Shown: positions 40,501 through 49,449 of the stretch, in pieces | Layout: each line of letters begins with the position of its first letter | Position numbering within the stretch: position 1 is the first letter of the stretch | Source: an uncultured delta proteobacterium | GTDB taxonomy: Bacteria > Myxococcota_A > Polyangia > Fen-1088 | Length of the DNA: 64,000 bases | Direction of reading: 5' to 3' | NCBI GenBank assembly: GCA_963755125.1 | Contig: CAVWIP010000018.1 | Location: forward strand, 96,001 to 160,000 | Translations under genes and position numbers: made by a program | The notes under the pieces: model-generated | Told to the model about the DNA's origin: nothing | Seen by the model: only the letters and a program-made list of their open reading frames with translations | Databases searched by the model: none

Positions 40501-40955
40501 TGGACCGAGCGCTGCACCCCGGCGCGTGCCATCTGTTCGCGCAGCAGGATGGCGAGCGAGTACGCCTCCTCGCCAGACGCGCAGCCCGGCACCCAGAGCC
40601 GAACGGACATCTCCGCCGGCCTGCCCTGGACCACGCCGGGCAGGACCTTCTGGGCCAGCACGTCGAAAGCCTCGCTGTCCCGGAAGAAATGCGTCACGCC
40701 GATGAGCAGTTCCTTGAACAGCGCCTGAGCCTCGGGCGGCTCCTCGGCCAAAAGCTTGACGTAGTCGGCAACCGAAGCCGCGTGAAGGGTCTGGATCCGC
40801 CGGCGAATCCGCCGCAGCACCGTGCCCTCTTTGTAGCCACTGAAATCGTGCCCGGTGTGCTTGCGCAGCAACGAGAAGATGGTGCCGAGATGAGCAGAGA
40901 TCTCCTGGTCCAGGCTGTCTGGACAGCTTCGCGTGTTCCCGTTGGCATTTTCCAT
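37530..40955 (-). CDS. CheR methyltransferase-PAS-histidine kinase-receiver hybrid (no CheB)
   Basis: GHDFSGYK, WVPGCASGEEAYS, SCRN; PAS domains; SHELRNPL, NAAKF, DTGVG, GLGLGL; REC CDIGLPGMDG. Confidence 0.93.
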   Translation of the reverse strand: MENANGNTRSCPDSLDQEISAHLGTIFSLLRKHTGHDFSGYKEGTVLRRIRRRIQTLHAASVADYVKLLAEEPPEAQALFKELLIGVTHFFRDSEAFDVLAQKVLPGVVQGRPAEMSVRLWVPGCASGEEAYSLAILLREQMARAGVQRSVQLFATDLDAELLAEARRGRYTADIAERVSPERLSRFFTREGAEYQVVNELREMCIFSQHSLVRDPAFTQLDLISCRNVFIYLAADLQTKLLPILHRALRPSGCLFLGPSENIAPLPDLFEAVDQRHRIFRRVDTATPCPVELDIPTRAALRASPSLPASGAKELGKDATRDNAGAAFERAVLDEYAPPTAVVNESGDILFLAGRPFRYLQPPAGPPSANILDAAPANLRLELRTALRAAAKDHCKVVREDVSVDIDETRRRVRLTVRPMPGLDRASGLYLVVLQEAGASERVENDAASTPPPELPAIEDLESELRMTRAELRGAIERLESANEELKSANEELISTNEELISTNEELISTNEEMQRRTAELDATLSSMASGVVIYGPDGQQRFANQAAQDILQWTPNEQALTDMGERVRAISFGMEDGSPFAPDQVPPARALRGEVSKNVVMVVHRPGRDIWVSVNAAPIRGPSGELLGAVSSIVDMTERRQIEARANWLASFPERNPHPVTEVSLAGQIHYVNPAARRLFPDLEATGLAHPWFADWDEAVRPLRDKRETTVERTVAVGETIYAQSLHLIREVGRVRVYGRDVTARRQAERQVKDQGDLLETIVKELRLANQRLREDDQRKNEFLAMLSHELRNPLAPIRNSLYVLERAEVGSEQAKRAQATIDRQTAHLTRLVDDLLDITRISKGKIQLRKQLVNLGDLVRRTVDDHRSFFTADGLGLEVAVSDAGLWVDGDATRLSQVLGNLLHNAAKFSDRGGRASVSVARDQDTAVLRVRDTGVGLTPEMLAHVFEPFTQAENTLDRTRGGLGLGLALVKGLVELHGGSVAVHSAGPGQGAEFAVRLPLRELANGSEVTPASGRTTSTRRVLVIEDNVDAAESLREVLEFSGHTVEIANSGSDGVEKSRAFRPHMILCDIGLPGMDGYEVARRLRADQTLASTYLVALTGYALPEDLARAKEAGFDEHIAKPASLERIEQVLANAPT
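39418..39518. repeat. 21-bp heptad-coding tandem repeat (NEELIST)
   Basis: SANEELKSANEELISTNEELISTNEELISTNEEMQ. Confidence 0.85.
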
Positions 40956-41079
40956 TCGCGGCTGTCCACCTGTGAAGGCTGTCGGCAATGGATTGTGAAA
41001 GCTGGGGAAGCGAAACGCAAGCACGGGCACTGATCGGATGCGGGTTTCTCCTGAGCCAACAGGGGTGTAGAATCAGCCG

Positions 41080-42063
41080 GTGCCGATGAACATGCGCAAA
41101 GAGCTTCGGTCCGGGGCGATGCACGCGGTGTCTTGTCTTCTGGCCACGCTGGTTCTGATCCTCGCCAGCCCTGCCCGTGGCGACGAGAGCGCCACCGAAG
41201 AGGCCAGGCAGCACTACGAGACCGGCACAAAACAGTACGACCTGGGCCACTGGGACGAGTCGATCCGAGAGTTCGAGAAGGCCTACGAACTGCGGCCTGA
41301 CCCCAGCTTCCTCTACAATCTGGCGCAGGCCTACCGGCGCAAGGGTGATACCAAGCGGGCACTGGATCTGTATCGAAACTATCTGGTCAAGGTTCCCAAG
41401 ACCCCGCAGCGCGCCGAGATCGAGGAGAAGATCAAGAGCCTGCAGAAGCAGATCGACGACGCGGCCGCGGGCAGGACAGCCCCGCCCGCGCTGGAACCGA
41501 CGATCGCACCGCCTGCACAGCCTTCCGGTCCACCCATCGTTCCAGCCCCGGCAGAGGCGTCTGCGGCGTCTTCGCCGCCAACCGGACCCGCGCCGACCCC
41601 AGAGGCACAGTCTGCGACCACGCCGGCGTCGCCGCCGACCGAACCGCCCAGCCAGCCTGCTCCGGCGACCACCGGAACGACGAGCACGCCGGCCCCGACC
41701 GTGGCCGACGTCGCCGCCACTGAGCCAGCGCCGCGAGGGCGCGGGCTTCGCATCGCAGGCATTGTCACTGGTGCGGTCGGGGTCGTTTCCATCGCCATGG
41801 GTATCGTGTATGGGCTGAAAGCCCGATCTCTGTCGAACAAGGTCACCGACGCCGCCACGTTCAACCCGTCGGATGATTCCGCCGGCCTGCGAGATGTGAA
41901 ACTGCAGTGGGGCTTCTATGGCGCGGGCGTGGTCGTGGGCGCGGTCGGCGGCGTCCTCTATTACCTCGGCGTGCGAGCCGCACGGACGACGCCCTCGGGT
42001 GTGAGCGTGGGCCCTGTCCTGGGCCCCGGCACCGCCGGCGTCTCGGCCATGGGGGTGTTCTGA
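41080..42063 (+). CDS. Secreted TPR protein with Pro-rich linker and C-terminal membrane segments
   Basis: Signal peptide; FEKAYEL.P.P..LYNLAQAYR; two Gly-rich hydrophobic helices; ends in beta-hairpin and Phe. Confidence 0.85.
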   Translation: MPMNMRKELRSGAMHAVSCLLATLVLILASPARGDESATEEARQHYETGTKQYDLGHWDESIREFEKAYELRPDPSFLYNLAQAYRRKGDTKRALDLYRNYLVKVPKTPQRAEIEEKIKSLQKQIDDAAAGRTAPPALEPTIAPPAQPSGPPIVPAPAEASAASSPPTGPAPTPEAQSATTPASPPTEPPSQPAPATTGTTSTPAPTVADVAATEPAPRGRGLRIAGIVTGAVGVVSIAMGIVYGLKARSLSNKVTDAATFNPSDDSAGLRDVKLQWGFYGAGVVVGAVGGVLYYLGVRAARTTPSGVSVGPVLGPGTAGVSAMGVF

Positions 42064-43013
42064 TGGCAAAGCGAAGCTTCGATCTCCTGCTGGCATTCGG
42101 CCTGGTGGCTGTGCTGTCCTGCAAGTACGATCCCCACCCGGACAACGGAAAGCAGCTCTGCGGCGCCAGCGGCGCAAAGCAATGTCCCAGCGGGTACACG
42201 TGCTACTCCGGCACGTGCTGGATTGCGGCCGACATTCCGACCGGCAGCGGAAGCGGTACGGCGACCAACCCTGGAACCAACACCGGCGCCAGCGGAAGCG
42301 GTACCGGCACCGGAACTGCCACCGGCACCGGCACCGGAACCGCCACCGGCACAGCCTGTGGCGAGTTGAACCACGTCTGCTGTGCCAACAGCGTGTGTAC
42401 GGCGAACGGAACCGTGTGCAACGGCTTGACCTGCGAGGCCTGCGGCATCACCGGCCGGCCCTGCTGCGCCAACAAGGTTTGCTCAGGCACGGGCACTATC
42501 TGCAACGCTGCGGGCAACTGCGTCGTCTGCGGCGTCAGCGGCTACATCTGCTGCGCCGACGACACCTGCACAGGCAGTGACACCGTCTGTTCCGCCGGCA
42601 ATTGTGTTCCCTGTGGAACCTCGGACCAGCCGTGCTGCACCGGCAACCTCTGCGGCGCCTCCCTGGCGTGTATCGGAGTGACCTGCCAGCAGCCCACTCC
42701 CGACGGGGGAGTCTCGACGTCTACCGGCACAGCGACCGCGCACGATGCCGGGATCGACGTTGGCACAGGGACTCTCACAGGTACCGCGACCGTCACCACG
42801 ACTGTGCGCGACGCCGGGATCGACGCCGCGACGAACACCTCTACGGGTACGACAACCACCACCAAGAGCAAGACCAGCACCGGGACCGACACCTCAACGT
42901 CGCCTATCATCACCCTCCCCAGGACAACCCTCCACACCATCATCACCACGGACGTAACCACGGCTTTGCCCCTCGGCACCGACATAACCGCCAGCGCGCC
43001 CTCAGCGCACTAG
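42063..43013 (+). CDS. Cys-rich lipoprotein with Thr/Gly linkers
   Basis: Lipobox VLSC; ATG overlaps upstream TGA; four CG....CC...C.....C repeats. Confidence 0.82.
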   Translation: MAKRSFDLLLAFGLVAVLSCKYDPHPDNGKQLCGASGAKQCPSGYTCYSGTCWIAADIPTGSGSGTATNPGTNTGASGSGTGTGTATGTGTGTATGTACGELNHVCCANSVCTANGTVCNGLTCEACGITGRPCCANKVCSGTGTICNAAGNCVVCGVSGYICCADDTCTGSDTVCSAGNCVPCGTSDQPCCTGNLCGASLACIGVTCQQPTPDGGVSTSTGTATAHDAGIDVGTGTLTGTATVTTTVRDAGIDAATNTSTGTTTTTKSKTSTGTDTSTSPIITLPRTTLHTIITTDVTTALPLGTDITASAPSAH

Positions 43014-43610
43014 CCCAAGTTCAGCCAGCGCTCGCGCGAGTTGGCGAAACGCGGCCGCGCGGTGAGAGAGCCGATTCTTTTCCTCGAGCGAGATCTCGGC
43101 CATGGTGCGCCCGAGCGACTCGACGAGGAAGAGCGGGTCGTAGCCGAAGCCGCCCGTGCCGTGCGGAGATTCCAGCAGGCGGCCCTCGCACGCGCCCGTG
43201 CGCACAATCTCCAAACCGTGCGCTGGATCCACGAACGCAGCCGCGCAGCGGTAGCGAGCGGTGCGCTTTTCCGTCGGGACGCCGGCCAATTCGCGCAGCA
43301 TCCTCTGGTTGTTTCGCGTATCGTCGCAGGGCTGGCCGCTCCATCGCGCCGAGTACACTCCCGGGGCTCCGTGGAGAGCATCCACCTCGATGCCCGAATC
43401 GTCGGCCAGGGCCGGCAGCCCGCTGGCCGCCGCCGCCTGGCGCGCCTTGGAAAGCGCATTGCCCTCGAAGGTCGGCTCGTTCTCGGTCAGCGCACGCCCG
43501 GGCGCAACCTCGTCGATCGAGATCAGCTCCCATGGCAGACCAGCATCGGCCAAAAGGACGCCGATCTCGGCCAGCTTGTGCCGGTTGCGGCTGGCGACCA
43601 CGACCCTCAC
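43002..43610 (-). CDS. rdgB: Non-canonical purine NTP pyrophosphatase
   Basis: [36 protein letters not shown]; coupled to rph. Confidence 0.95.
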   Translation of the reverse strand: MRVVVASRNRHKLAEIGVLLADAGLPWELISIDEVAPGRALTENEPTFEGNALSKARQAAAASGLPALADDSGIEVDALHGAPGVYSARWSGQPCDDTRNNQRMLRELAGVPTEKRTARYRCAAAFVDPAHGLEIVRTGACEGRLLESPHGTGGFGYDPLFLVESLGRTMAEISLEEKNRLSHRAAAFRQLARALAELGLVR

Positions 43611-44320
43611 GGGAGCTTGGCCGCCTCCAGGGCTTTCTGCTGGAGGGCAAAGAGCTGTTTCGCACCCACGCTCGCCAGAGCCACCAGCTTGGCGTAGTCG
43701 TCGGAGGAAAACGGCTCTCCCTCGGCCGTGCCCTGGATTTCGATGAACTGGCCCGCGTCGGTCATCACGAAGTTGAAATCCACGTCGGCCGCGGAGTCCT
43801 CCTCGTAGGCCAAGTCCAGACGCGGCTCGCCGGCCACCATGCCCACTGACAGCGCGGCCACTACCCGGCGCAGGGGATCGTGGGCCAGCTTCTCGCTCTT
43901 CACCAACCGTCGCACGGCCAGGGCCAGCGCGACCCACCCGCCGGTGATGGCCGCCGTGCGCGTGCCGCCGTCGGCTTGGATGACGTCGCAGTCCACCGTC
44001 AACTGACGCTCGCCCATGTGCGAGGTTCGCACGGCCGCGCGCAACGCCCGACCGATGAGCCGCTGGATCTCCTGGCCGCGGCCGCCCGGATTGCGTCCCG
44101 AGCGCGTGTGGGTCGAACGCGGGAGCATGGCGTATTCTGCCGTGACCCAGCCCTTGCCCTGCCCTGTCAGAAAGGGTGGCACCTTGTTCTCGACGGTGGC
44201 GGTGCAGATGACCTTGGTCTCGCCGAATTCGACCAAGGCCGACCCCTCGGCGTAGCGGTTGCAGTCCGGGGTGATGTGGATGGCGCGCAGTTCATCGGAT
44301 CGTCGACCGTCAGGGCGCAT
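43607..44320 (-). CDS. rph: Ribonuclease PH
   Basis: [51 protein letters not shown]. Confidence 0.97.
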   Translation of the reverse strand: MRPDGRRSDELRAIHITPDCNRYAEGSALVEFGETKVICTATVENKVPPFLTGQGKGWVTAEYAMLPRSTHTRSGRNPGGRGQEIQRLIGRALRAAVRTSHMGERQLTVDCDVIQADGGTRTAAITGGWVALALAVRRLVKSEKLAHDPLRRVVAALSVGMVAGEPRLDLAYEEDSAADVDFNFVMTDAGQFIEIQGTAEGEPFSSDDYAKLVALASVGAKQLFALQQKALEAAKLP

Positions 44321-44366
44321 GGTGTGCAGGAGGATCCCTGTCCCCTGGCGGCCTGTCAACCGACCT

Positions 44367-45836
44367 TCAGAAAAGGCTGACGGCCGAAAGGCAGAATCTG
44401 AACCTAAGCGAGGTTTCTTGCGATGCCACCTGCAGGGAGAAGGAATCGATCTTCGTGAAGTCAGGCAGGCCCGCACCACCAGGGGCCCAGCAGGCGAACT
44501 TGAATTCCGACGGCACAACCGCCCGCCCCGATCGGTAGTTCTCGATGCAGTACACCTGCTTGGCCGGATCGCCCTCGCGATGCGCGACCAAGCGGTAGTG
44601 GCCGGCCTTGCCCCGGTACTCCATGGCCACGCTCGAGGCTGCGCGGCTGCCCCAAGCCTGGCCGTCGCTGCGCGGGTGCCACTGAATGAGCACGCCCCAG
44701 TTGGTAGCCCAGTTGCATCTCATCGCCGGGATCTTCTCTTCCGCGCACGCGAGCTCGGCGATTTTCCCGCGGGTGCACAGCATGCCGCGATCAAGGTAGA
44801 GATTGTCAGGCAAGCTCTCTGCGGGCAGCGAAAACCTCGTCCCTTCGCCACCGATAGCCAGAACCGGACCGGCGGCGCCTTCGGCCAGCTTGCCATCCGC
44901 GCCGATGGTCAGACGTCCTGGGCCCAGCGCGGGCTCGTCGTCCTCCGCGGACGAGGCTGTCCAATCACGGCCGAGCGGCTCGACCACGGCAACCGGTGGC
45001 TCTGCGACTGCTGGCTCTTCCTTGGCGACGAGTGAAGGACCGCGCACCACGGGCTTGCTGCTCAGCGCGCCCCTCCTGTGCTCAACCCGGGCGGCTGTTG
45101 CTGGGGCAAGCTCAGCCCCGGTCTTTCCTGGGGCTTCGGCCGAAACGGCCTGTGCAAGGGCGGCCGTGGCCTGCAGGCCTGCTCCGCGATCGCCCGGAAG
45201 CGCGTGGCCAGTGGTCGTAGCCACCTCCTCAAACCTGTTCCCGGCGCGCACCGGGGTGGGGTCGCGAAGCGGGCCACCGGTCACGCTCACTTCTCCCTCA
45301 CTCACTTCCAGTCTGAAACGGGCTTGCTCAGGCGCCCAATCCACCTCGAAGCGCGTGCCGGTCACCCGAACCTCGAAAGGTCCGGCCAGCACCGCCCAGC
45401 GGACACCCGGGCGATGGATCACGGCCAGATCGGCGTGGCCACTCCGAAGAACAAGCTCGGCACCACTTGGTCCCAGTGCGCGTAGCTGGCCATGCGTGCC
45501 CTTGCCCAGCGTGATGCGCGTTCCATCATCGGACGCCACAGTACACCCGCGCTCATCCGCCACCGATAGATTCCCATCGCGAGCCAGAGCACAGCCCTGC
45601 GGGCCGTGGCCCAGGGTACGGCCCGCGGCGATCCACAACACCAGGCCCGCCAGCGCCGGAATGACCAGGACCAGCCAGCGACGTCGCAATGGGCCTGGCC
45701 CTCCCGCAAGGGCCAATTCGATCTCCGCCCATTGCCGGTGGTCCGGCTGCCGCTCATCGCCAGCCTGAGCCGCGAGGTCACCCAACCGATGACAGTGGCT
45801 CTCGCTGGCGTTCATCGAATCTTGTTGCTTGATCAA
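44367..45836 (-). CDS. FecR-domain anti-sigma factor with C-terminal 4-Cys CBM-like domain
   Basis: TM helix; [34 protein letters not shown]-terminal domain aligns with 36204-36630. Confidence 0.88.
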   Translation of the reverse strand: MIKQQDSMNASESHCHRLGDLAAQAGDERQPDHRQWAEIELALAGGPGPLRRRWLVLVIPALAGLVLWIAAGRTLGHGPQGCALARDGNLSVADERGCTVASDDGTRITLGKGTHGQLRALGPSGAELVLRSGHADLAVIHRPGVRWAVLAGPFEVRVTGTRFEVDWAPEQARFRLEVSEGEVSVTGGPLRDPTPVRAGNRFEEVATTTGHALPGDRGAGLQATAALAQAVSAEAPGKTGAELAPATAARVEHRRGALSSKPVVRGPSLVAKEEPAVAEPPVAVVEPLGRDWTASSAEDDEPALGPGRLTIGADGKLAEGAAGPVLAIGGEGTRFSLPAESLPDNLYLDRGMLCTRGKIAELACAEEKIPAMRCNWATNWGVLIQWHPRSDGQAWGSRAASSVAMEYRGKAGHYRLVAHREGDPAKQVYCIENYRSGRAVVPSEFKFACWAPGGAGLPDFTKIDSFSLQVASQETSLRFRFCLSAVSLF

Positions 45837-46480
45837 CTCGTTCCTCCCTGGCTCAGCAGACCCACGTATTGCATGAGAGCCGGCTCGGATTTCATGCGCG
45901 AGTCGACCCGCAGAGCGAGACGAGCCACGCGCCGCTTTGCGGTGGAAAGGCTCATTCTGTGAACTGCGGCCACGTCGGCCATTTCCATTTTCTCGACATA
46001 CCGGGCGACGAACAGCGAGCGATCCTCTGTGCCCAGGCAGTCCAGCAGCCGGTACAGCGCGCGCATGGCCTCGCGCGCCTCGTCCCCCGCGTCGGGCAGC
46101 ACCGACCCGGGCAAGTCCTCGATCGAGGTGAGGCCCACGATGGCGCGGATGCGGCGGCGTCTCGCCTCGTTGCGGGCGACACCCAGGGTGATGCCGATGA
46201 TGAAGCCTGGCAAGGCGGCGGGCTCGCGTAGTTCATCGAGGCGTTTGAACACGCGCAAGAAGGCTTCCTGACAGACATCCAGGTGATCGGGGCCCGGCCC
46301 GAAAAAGCGCCTCACCACCCGCTGCACCAGGGACGCATATTTTTCCCAGATGGTCTGGCAAGCCCGGCGGTCCCCGCCGCGCGCCGCACGCACCAGCGGC
46401 CCGTCGCCACTGTCCGAATCACCGGACGCGAGTTGCGGCGGACGTGGGAAGCGAATCATGGGATGAAGCACCGCTGCCAT
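45833..46480 (-). CDS. ECF sigma-70 factor
   Basis: LVRAARGGD, DVCQEAFLRVF, region 4 VAAVHRMSLSTAKRR; stop overlaps fecR start. Confidence 0.9.
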   Translation of the reverse strand: MAAVLHPMIRFPRPPQLASGDSDSGDGPLVRAARGGDRRACQTIWEKYASLVQRVVRRFFGPGPDHLDVCQEAFLRVFKRLDELREPAALPGFIIGITLGVARNEARRRRIRAIVGLTSIEDLPGSVLPDAGDEAREAMRALYRLLDCLGTEDRSLFVARYVEKMEMADVAAVHRMSLSTAKRRVARLALRVDSRMKSEPALMQYVGLLSQGGTS

Positions 46481-46607
46481 GCCATCCTGTCGAAGATTGG
46501 TTCTCACTGCAAGGTTGCCCAGATGCAGAAGGTGAAATCCGTCGCGGTCCTGGCCGGGTATGATTTCGACTCCGAGTCCGTTGACGTTCGTGCGGTTTGC
46601 CGTGATG

Positions 46608-47267
46608 TCAAATCGCGGGGGAACGAACCCCGAATGCAGAGTGCAACCCATCATGCGGCTTGCTCGCGCCACGTCGTTCCCCCTCGGGCCGCGCCAGCCC
46701 TAGCAAGTCCCGCCCGATTCGCGCCAGCTTGCGCAATCGGCTGAACACTGTTCGCCTTGTGATCCCCAAGGTCTCAGCGATCTCGATCTGCGACATGCCA
46801 TCCACGTAGTACATGACCGCCACGGTGGCGTTCGCCTCGCCACACCGGTCCAGCACGGCGGCCACGAACTCCCGATCCACTTGCCTTCCCTCCATCGATC
46901 GCGATGACGAGGGCCGAACCCGCAGCGAGGCTACCGCGCGGGTGTGAACCTTGCGTTCACGGATCTGATTCAGACAAACATTGGTCGACGCGCGGTACAG
47001 GTAGCGACGGCCGTCATCGTCGTTGGGAAACCGCGGCCCACGCGCGAGCACACGCACGAACGCCTCCTGGGTTGCGTCTCGGGCCGCCGCCTGCGACTGC
47101 AACATCCGCCGACAGTGGGCGTAGATTGCCGGCGCGTACTTCTGATACAGGGCGGCCAGGCCGATCTCGCCGTCAATGCTCGCGCATCCGCTCGCGGATG
47201 GGGCGGGGTCGCGAAGAGAGCGAGACGTGACGCTGGTTCTGCAGGAAGAAGCGACGCGGACGTCCAT
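46608..47267 (-). CDS. ECF sigma-70 factor (second)
   Basis: LYQKY...IYAHCRRML, DATQEAF, YLYRASTNVCLN, GMSQIEIAETLGITRRTV. Confidence 0.9.
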   Translation of the reverse strand: MDVRVASSCRTSVTSRSLRDPAPSASGCASIDGEIGLAALYQKYAPAIYAHCRRMLQSQAAARDATQEAFVRVLARGPRFPNDDDGRRYLYRASTNVCLNQIRERKVHTRAVASLRVRPSSSRSMEGRQVDREFVAAVLDRCGEANATVAVMYYVDGMSQIEIAETLGITRRTVFSRLRKLARIGRDLLGLARPEGERRGASKPHDGLHSAFGVRSPAI

Positions 47268-47470
47268 ACAGAAGTAGAGTCGCGAGCCGGCGGACGCGGG
47301 CCAGATTTCGTGTCCGCCAAATCGGTCTTCGCCGTAGCGTTCCCGCTGCGCCAGGTTGGGAAGAGCACTGGTTGTGCTAGCGGGGCCGCCCTACTGGGCG
47401 CCAACCTGGCCCGCCAAAGGTTGACCCGAACGTGAGCGCGTGCGACTCATATCCTCATGGAGGTGAGTTC

Positions 47471-48529
47471 ATGAATGCACCCCAACCCAAGATAAGCTCC
47501 GTGGCCGTTGTCTCACGACTGCGCAGGACTTTGGCAGCACAGTACGCGCTCGCGTCGCTTCTGCTGGTGGACTGCACGGCGCGGACCCCGCTCCGGTTGT
47601 TGGCAGGGGGCTCCTCGGAGCCGGAGAGCAGCGTTGACACCGGTGGAGAGACGGGCGGTGCGACTGGACTTCCAGGCTCCGGCGGCACGAACACCGGAGG
47701 TGTCGCCGGCATGGGTGGGGCAGGCGGAAGCGCCGCAGCCAGCTCTGCTTTGGGTGGGGCGTCAGGGGCTGTCAGCAGTGGCGGCATGGGCAGCGGCGGC
47801 GCCTCGTCCGCGGCGGGCATGACGACGATCTCCAGCGGCGGACACACCGCTGCGGGCGGCGCCACCGCGACCGCTGGGGGTGCAACCGCAAGCAAGGGTG
47901 GCTCATCAGCCGGCGGCAGCAAGGCCACCGGCGGCACCAATGCGACCGGCGGCAATACGTTCCGCGATGCCGGCCTGGCAACCGACGGGCCAGCCCCACC
48001 TGGCACCCCGACCATCACTGACAGCGGATACGTGACCGTATCCGCAGGCACAACCGTCTTGGCCGGGTTCGTCTCATCCTCTGAGGGCGGATCGGGATCT
48101 TCGATTTCGTTGACGTACGGACCGACATCATTCTGCGCCTCGGGCACAGTCGGTATGAACAGTACCTACAATTGCTGGGCTACTGCGGGATTCAATGTCA
48201 ACCAAGCCCAATCGGGCGCGAGTGGATCTTCAAGTTCGCTGGTGCTCTCGGGCAGCACGATTTCCGTAAGCTACGTCAACTACGCCGGGTCTCCGCTGGA
48301 GTTTCAGCTTTACGACGGCAGCGACTACTGGTGTTACTACCTGCCGCCGTCCACCAGCCCTACTACCAAGACGATACCGTTTTCGAGTCTCAACACCCAG
48401 TGCTGGAACAATAGTGGGAGCTCGTTTGCGTCTGGGACTCCCATCACATCGGTACAACTTGTCGTGCCGGGCAGCAACACCAGCCCCACGCCGTTCAATT
48501 TCTGTTTCTTGGGCCTCACCGTCCAGTAG
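47471..48529 (+). CDS. Secreted protein with Gly/Ser/Thr linker and 4-Cys CBM-like domain
   Basis: GGAGG RBS; signal LLLVDC; FCASG..WC..IPFSSLNTQCW..FNFC. Confidence 0.8.
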   Translation: MNAPQPKISSVAVVSRLRRTLAAQYALASLLLVDCTARTPLRLLAGGSSEPESSVDTGGETGGATGLPGSGGTNTGGVAGMGGAGGSAAASSALGGASGAVSSGGMGSGGASSAAGMTTISSGGHTAAGGATATAGGATASKGGSSAGGSKATGGTNATGGNTFRDAGLATDGPAPPGTPTITDSGYVTVSAGTTVLAGFVSSSEGGSGSSISLTYGPTSFCASGTVGMNSTYNCWATAGFNVNQAQSGASGSSSSLVLSGSTISVSYVNYAGSPLEFQLYDGSDYWCYYLPPSTSPTTKTIPFSSLNTQCWNNSGSSFASGTPITSVQLVVPGSNTSPTPFNFCFLGLTVQ

Positions 48530-48887
48530 CGGGCCGGCGCATACACTGCTTGTAAGGCACGCGGCCCGGGAGCGCGGGGATCTCTTTGCATTCCTCGCCG
48601 CGCGGGCAGTCTGGGTCCTCATCGCAAGCGACCGAAGCGGCCAGCCAGCCAGCCGCACCGATCGCGGCGCCGACCCCGATGACTGTGGTGACCAGGCCCA
48701 GGTTCGCGGTTCCGTTCTGGTCCCGGCGCTCGCCCACCACCCAGGTCGTCCCGCCGCCCACCAGCAGTGCGGCGCCAATGGCCGCCAACGTCTTTGGGCC
48801 CGCGTAGGGGTGCGCGCATCCCGAGGCGAGACAACCCACGAGCGCAAGAGCAATCGCCGCGCGCCGGGCATTTTTCAGGTGGTTCAC
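48516..48887 (-). CDS. Small lipoprotein with Gly-rich hydrophobic hairpin and Cys motif
   Basis: Lipobox ASGC; CDEDPDCPRGEEC..C. Confidence 0.7.
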   Translation of the reverse strand: MNHLKNARRAAIALALVGCLASGCAHPYAGPKTLAAIGAALLVGGGTTWVVGERRDQNGTANLGLVTTVIGVGAAIGAAGWLAASVACDEDPDCPRGEECKEIPALPGRVPYKQCMRRPATGR

Positions 48888-48941
48888 GACCCAGAAGATC
48901 GCCGATATCGCCCCTCTCGTCCACTGCGCCGATCCGGATCT

Positions 48942-49005
48942 GGCGGGGTGCGATGTAGGTGACAGGGTCGGTGGCGGTGGTGGTGACAGTGACAGTAGCG
49001 GTGCT
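48942..49005 (+). repeat. Left arm of imperfect inverted repeat (GGCGGGGTGC plus RGTGAC-type hexamers)
   Basis: GGCGGGGTGC GATGTA GGTGAC AGGGTC GGTGGC GGTGGT GGTGAC AGTGAC AGTAGC GGTGCT. Confidence 0.8.
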
Positions 49006-49086
49006 GGACATCTTCCGCAGGAGAACCCCGCGTCGGCCCCGATATGCCTTCGGCTGCCCGAGAATCGACAGCCTGAGAATCGAGGC

Positions 49087-49116
49087 TTGCCACGGCGCCG
49101 CGGACCGTCGCACAAT
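49087..49116 (+). promoter_or_regulatory. Putative sigma70 promoter (near-leaderless) of cassette gene
   Basis: TTGCCA-N18-CACAAT, 8 nt before ATG; no RBS. Confidence 0.4.
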
Positions 49117-49124
49117 CGCACCCC

Positions 49125-49438
49125 ATGGCGAAGCTCTCGGTCAGGGAAATCCAGGCGCAAGCTCTCAAGATCGTTGGCGCACATCCCGGGGGCATCAGAT
49201 ACAGCGATCTCGTCACAAGGATCCTGGAAATCAGCCCGGAGACGCCTCGGAACACCGTTGCCGGCTCTGTCTGGAATCTCGACAGCATTCGACCTGATTC
49301 CGTTCGCAAACCAAGGAGCCGAACTATCGCATTCGCATGCGTGCCCAGCGTTTCTCTGCTGACATGTTCTACGTGAATGAACTCGCCGACCGCCTGAAGA
49401 ACCAGGATCCCGAAGTGTTCGAGAAACTATTCCGATGA
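49125..49438 (+). pseudogene. Internally deleted gene, probably HTH plus PD-(D/E)XK nuclease-like family
   Basis: N-part HPGGIRYSDLV..I....P.NTV.GSVWNL..KP; after ~49312 another frame gives EPNYRIRMRAQRFSADMFYVNELADRL..EKLFR*; family recalled from memory. Confidence 0.65.
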
Positions 49439-49449
49439 CATACGCATTG

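Noticed and set aside
43002..44518. Extended N-termini of rdgB and rph in the ORF track
   Set aside because: Homology begins at 43610 and 44320; the extensions overlap neighbouring genes
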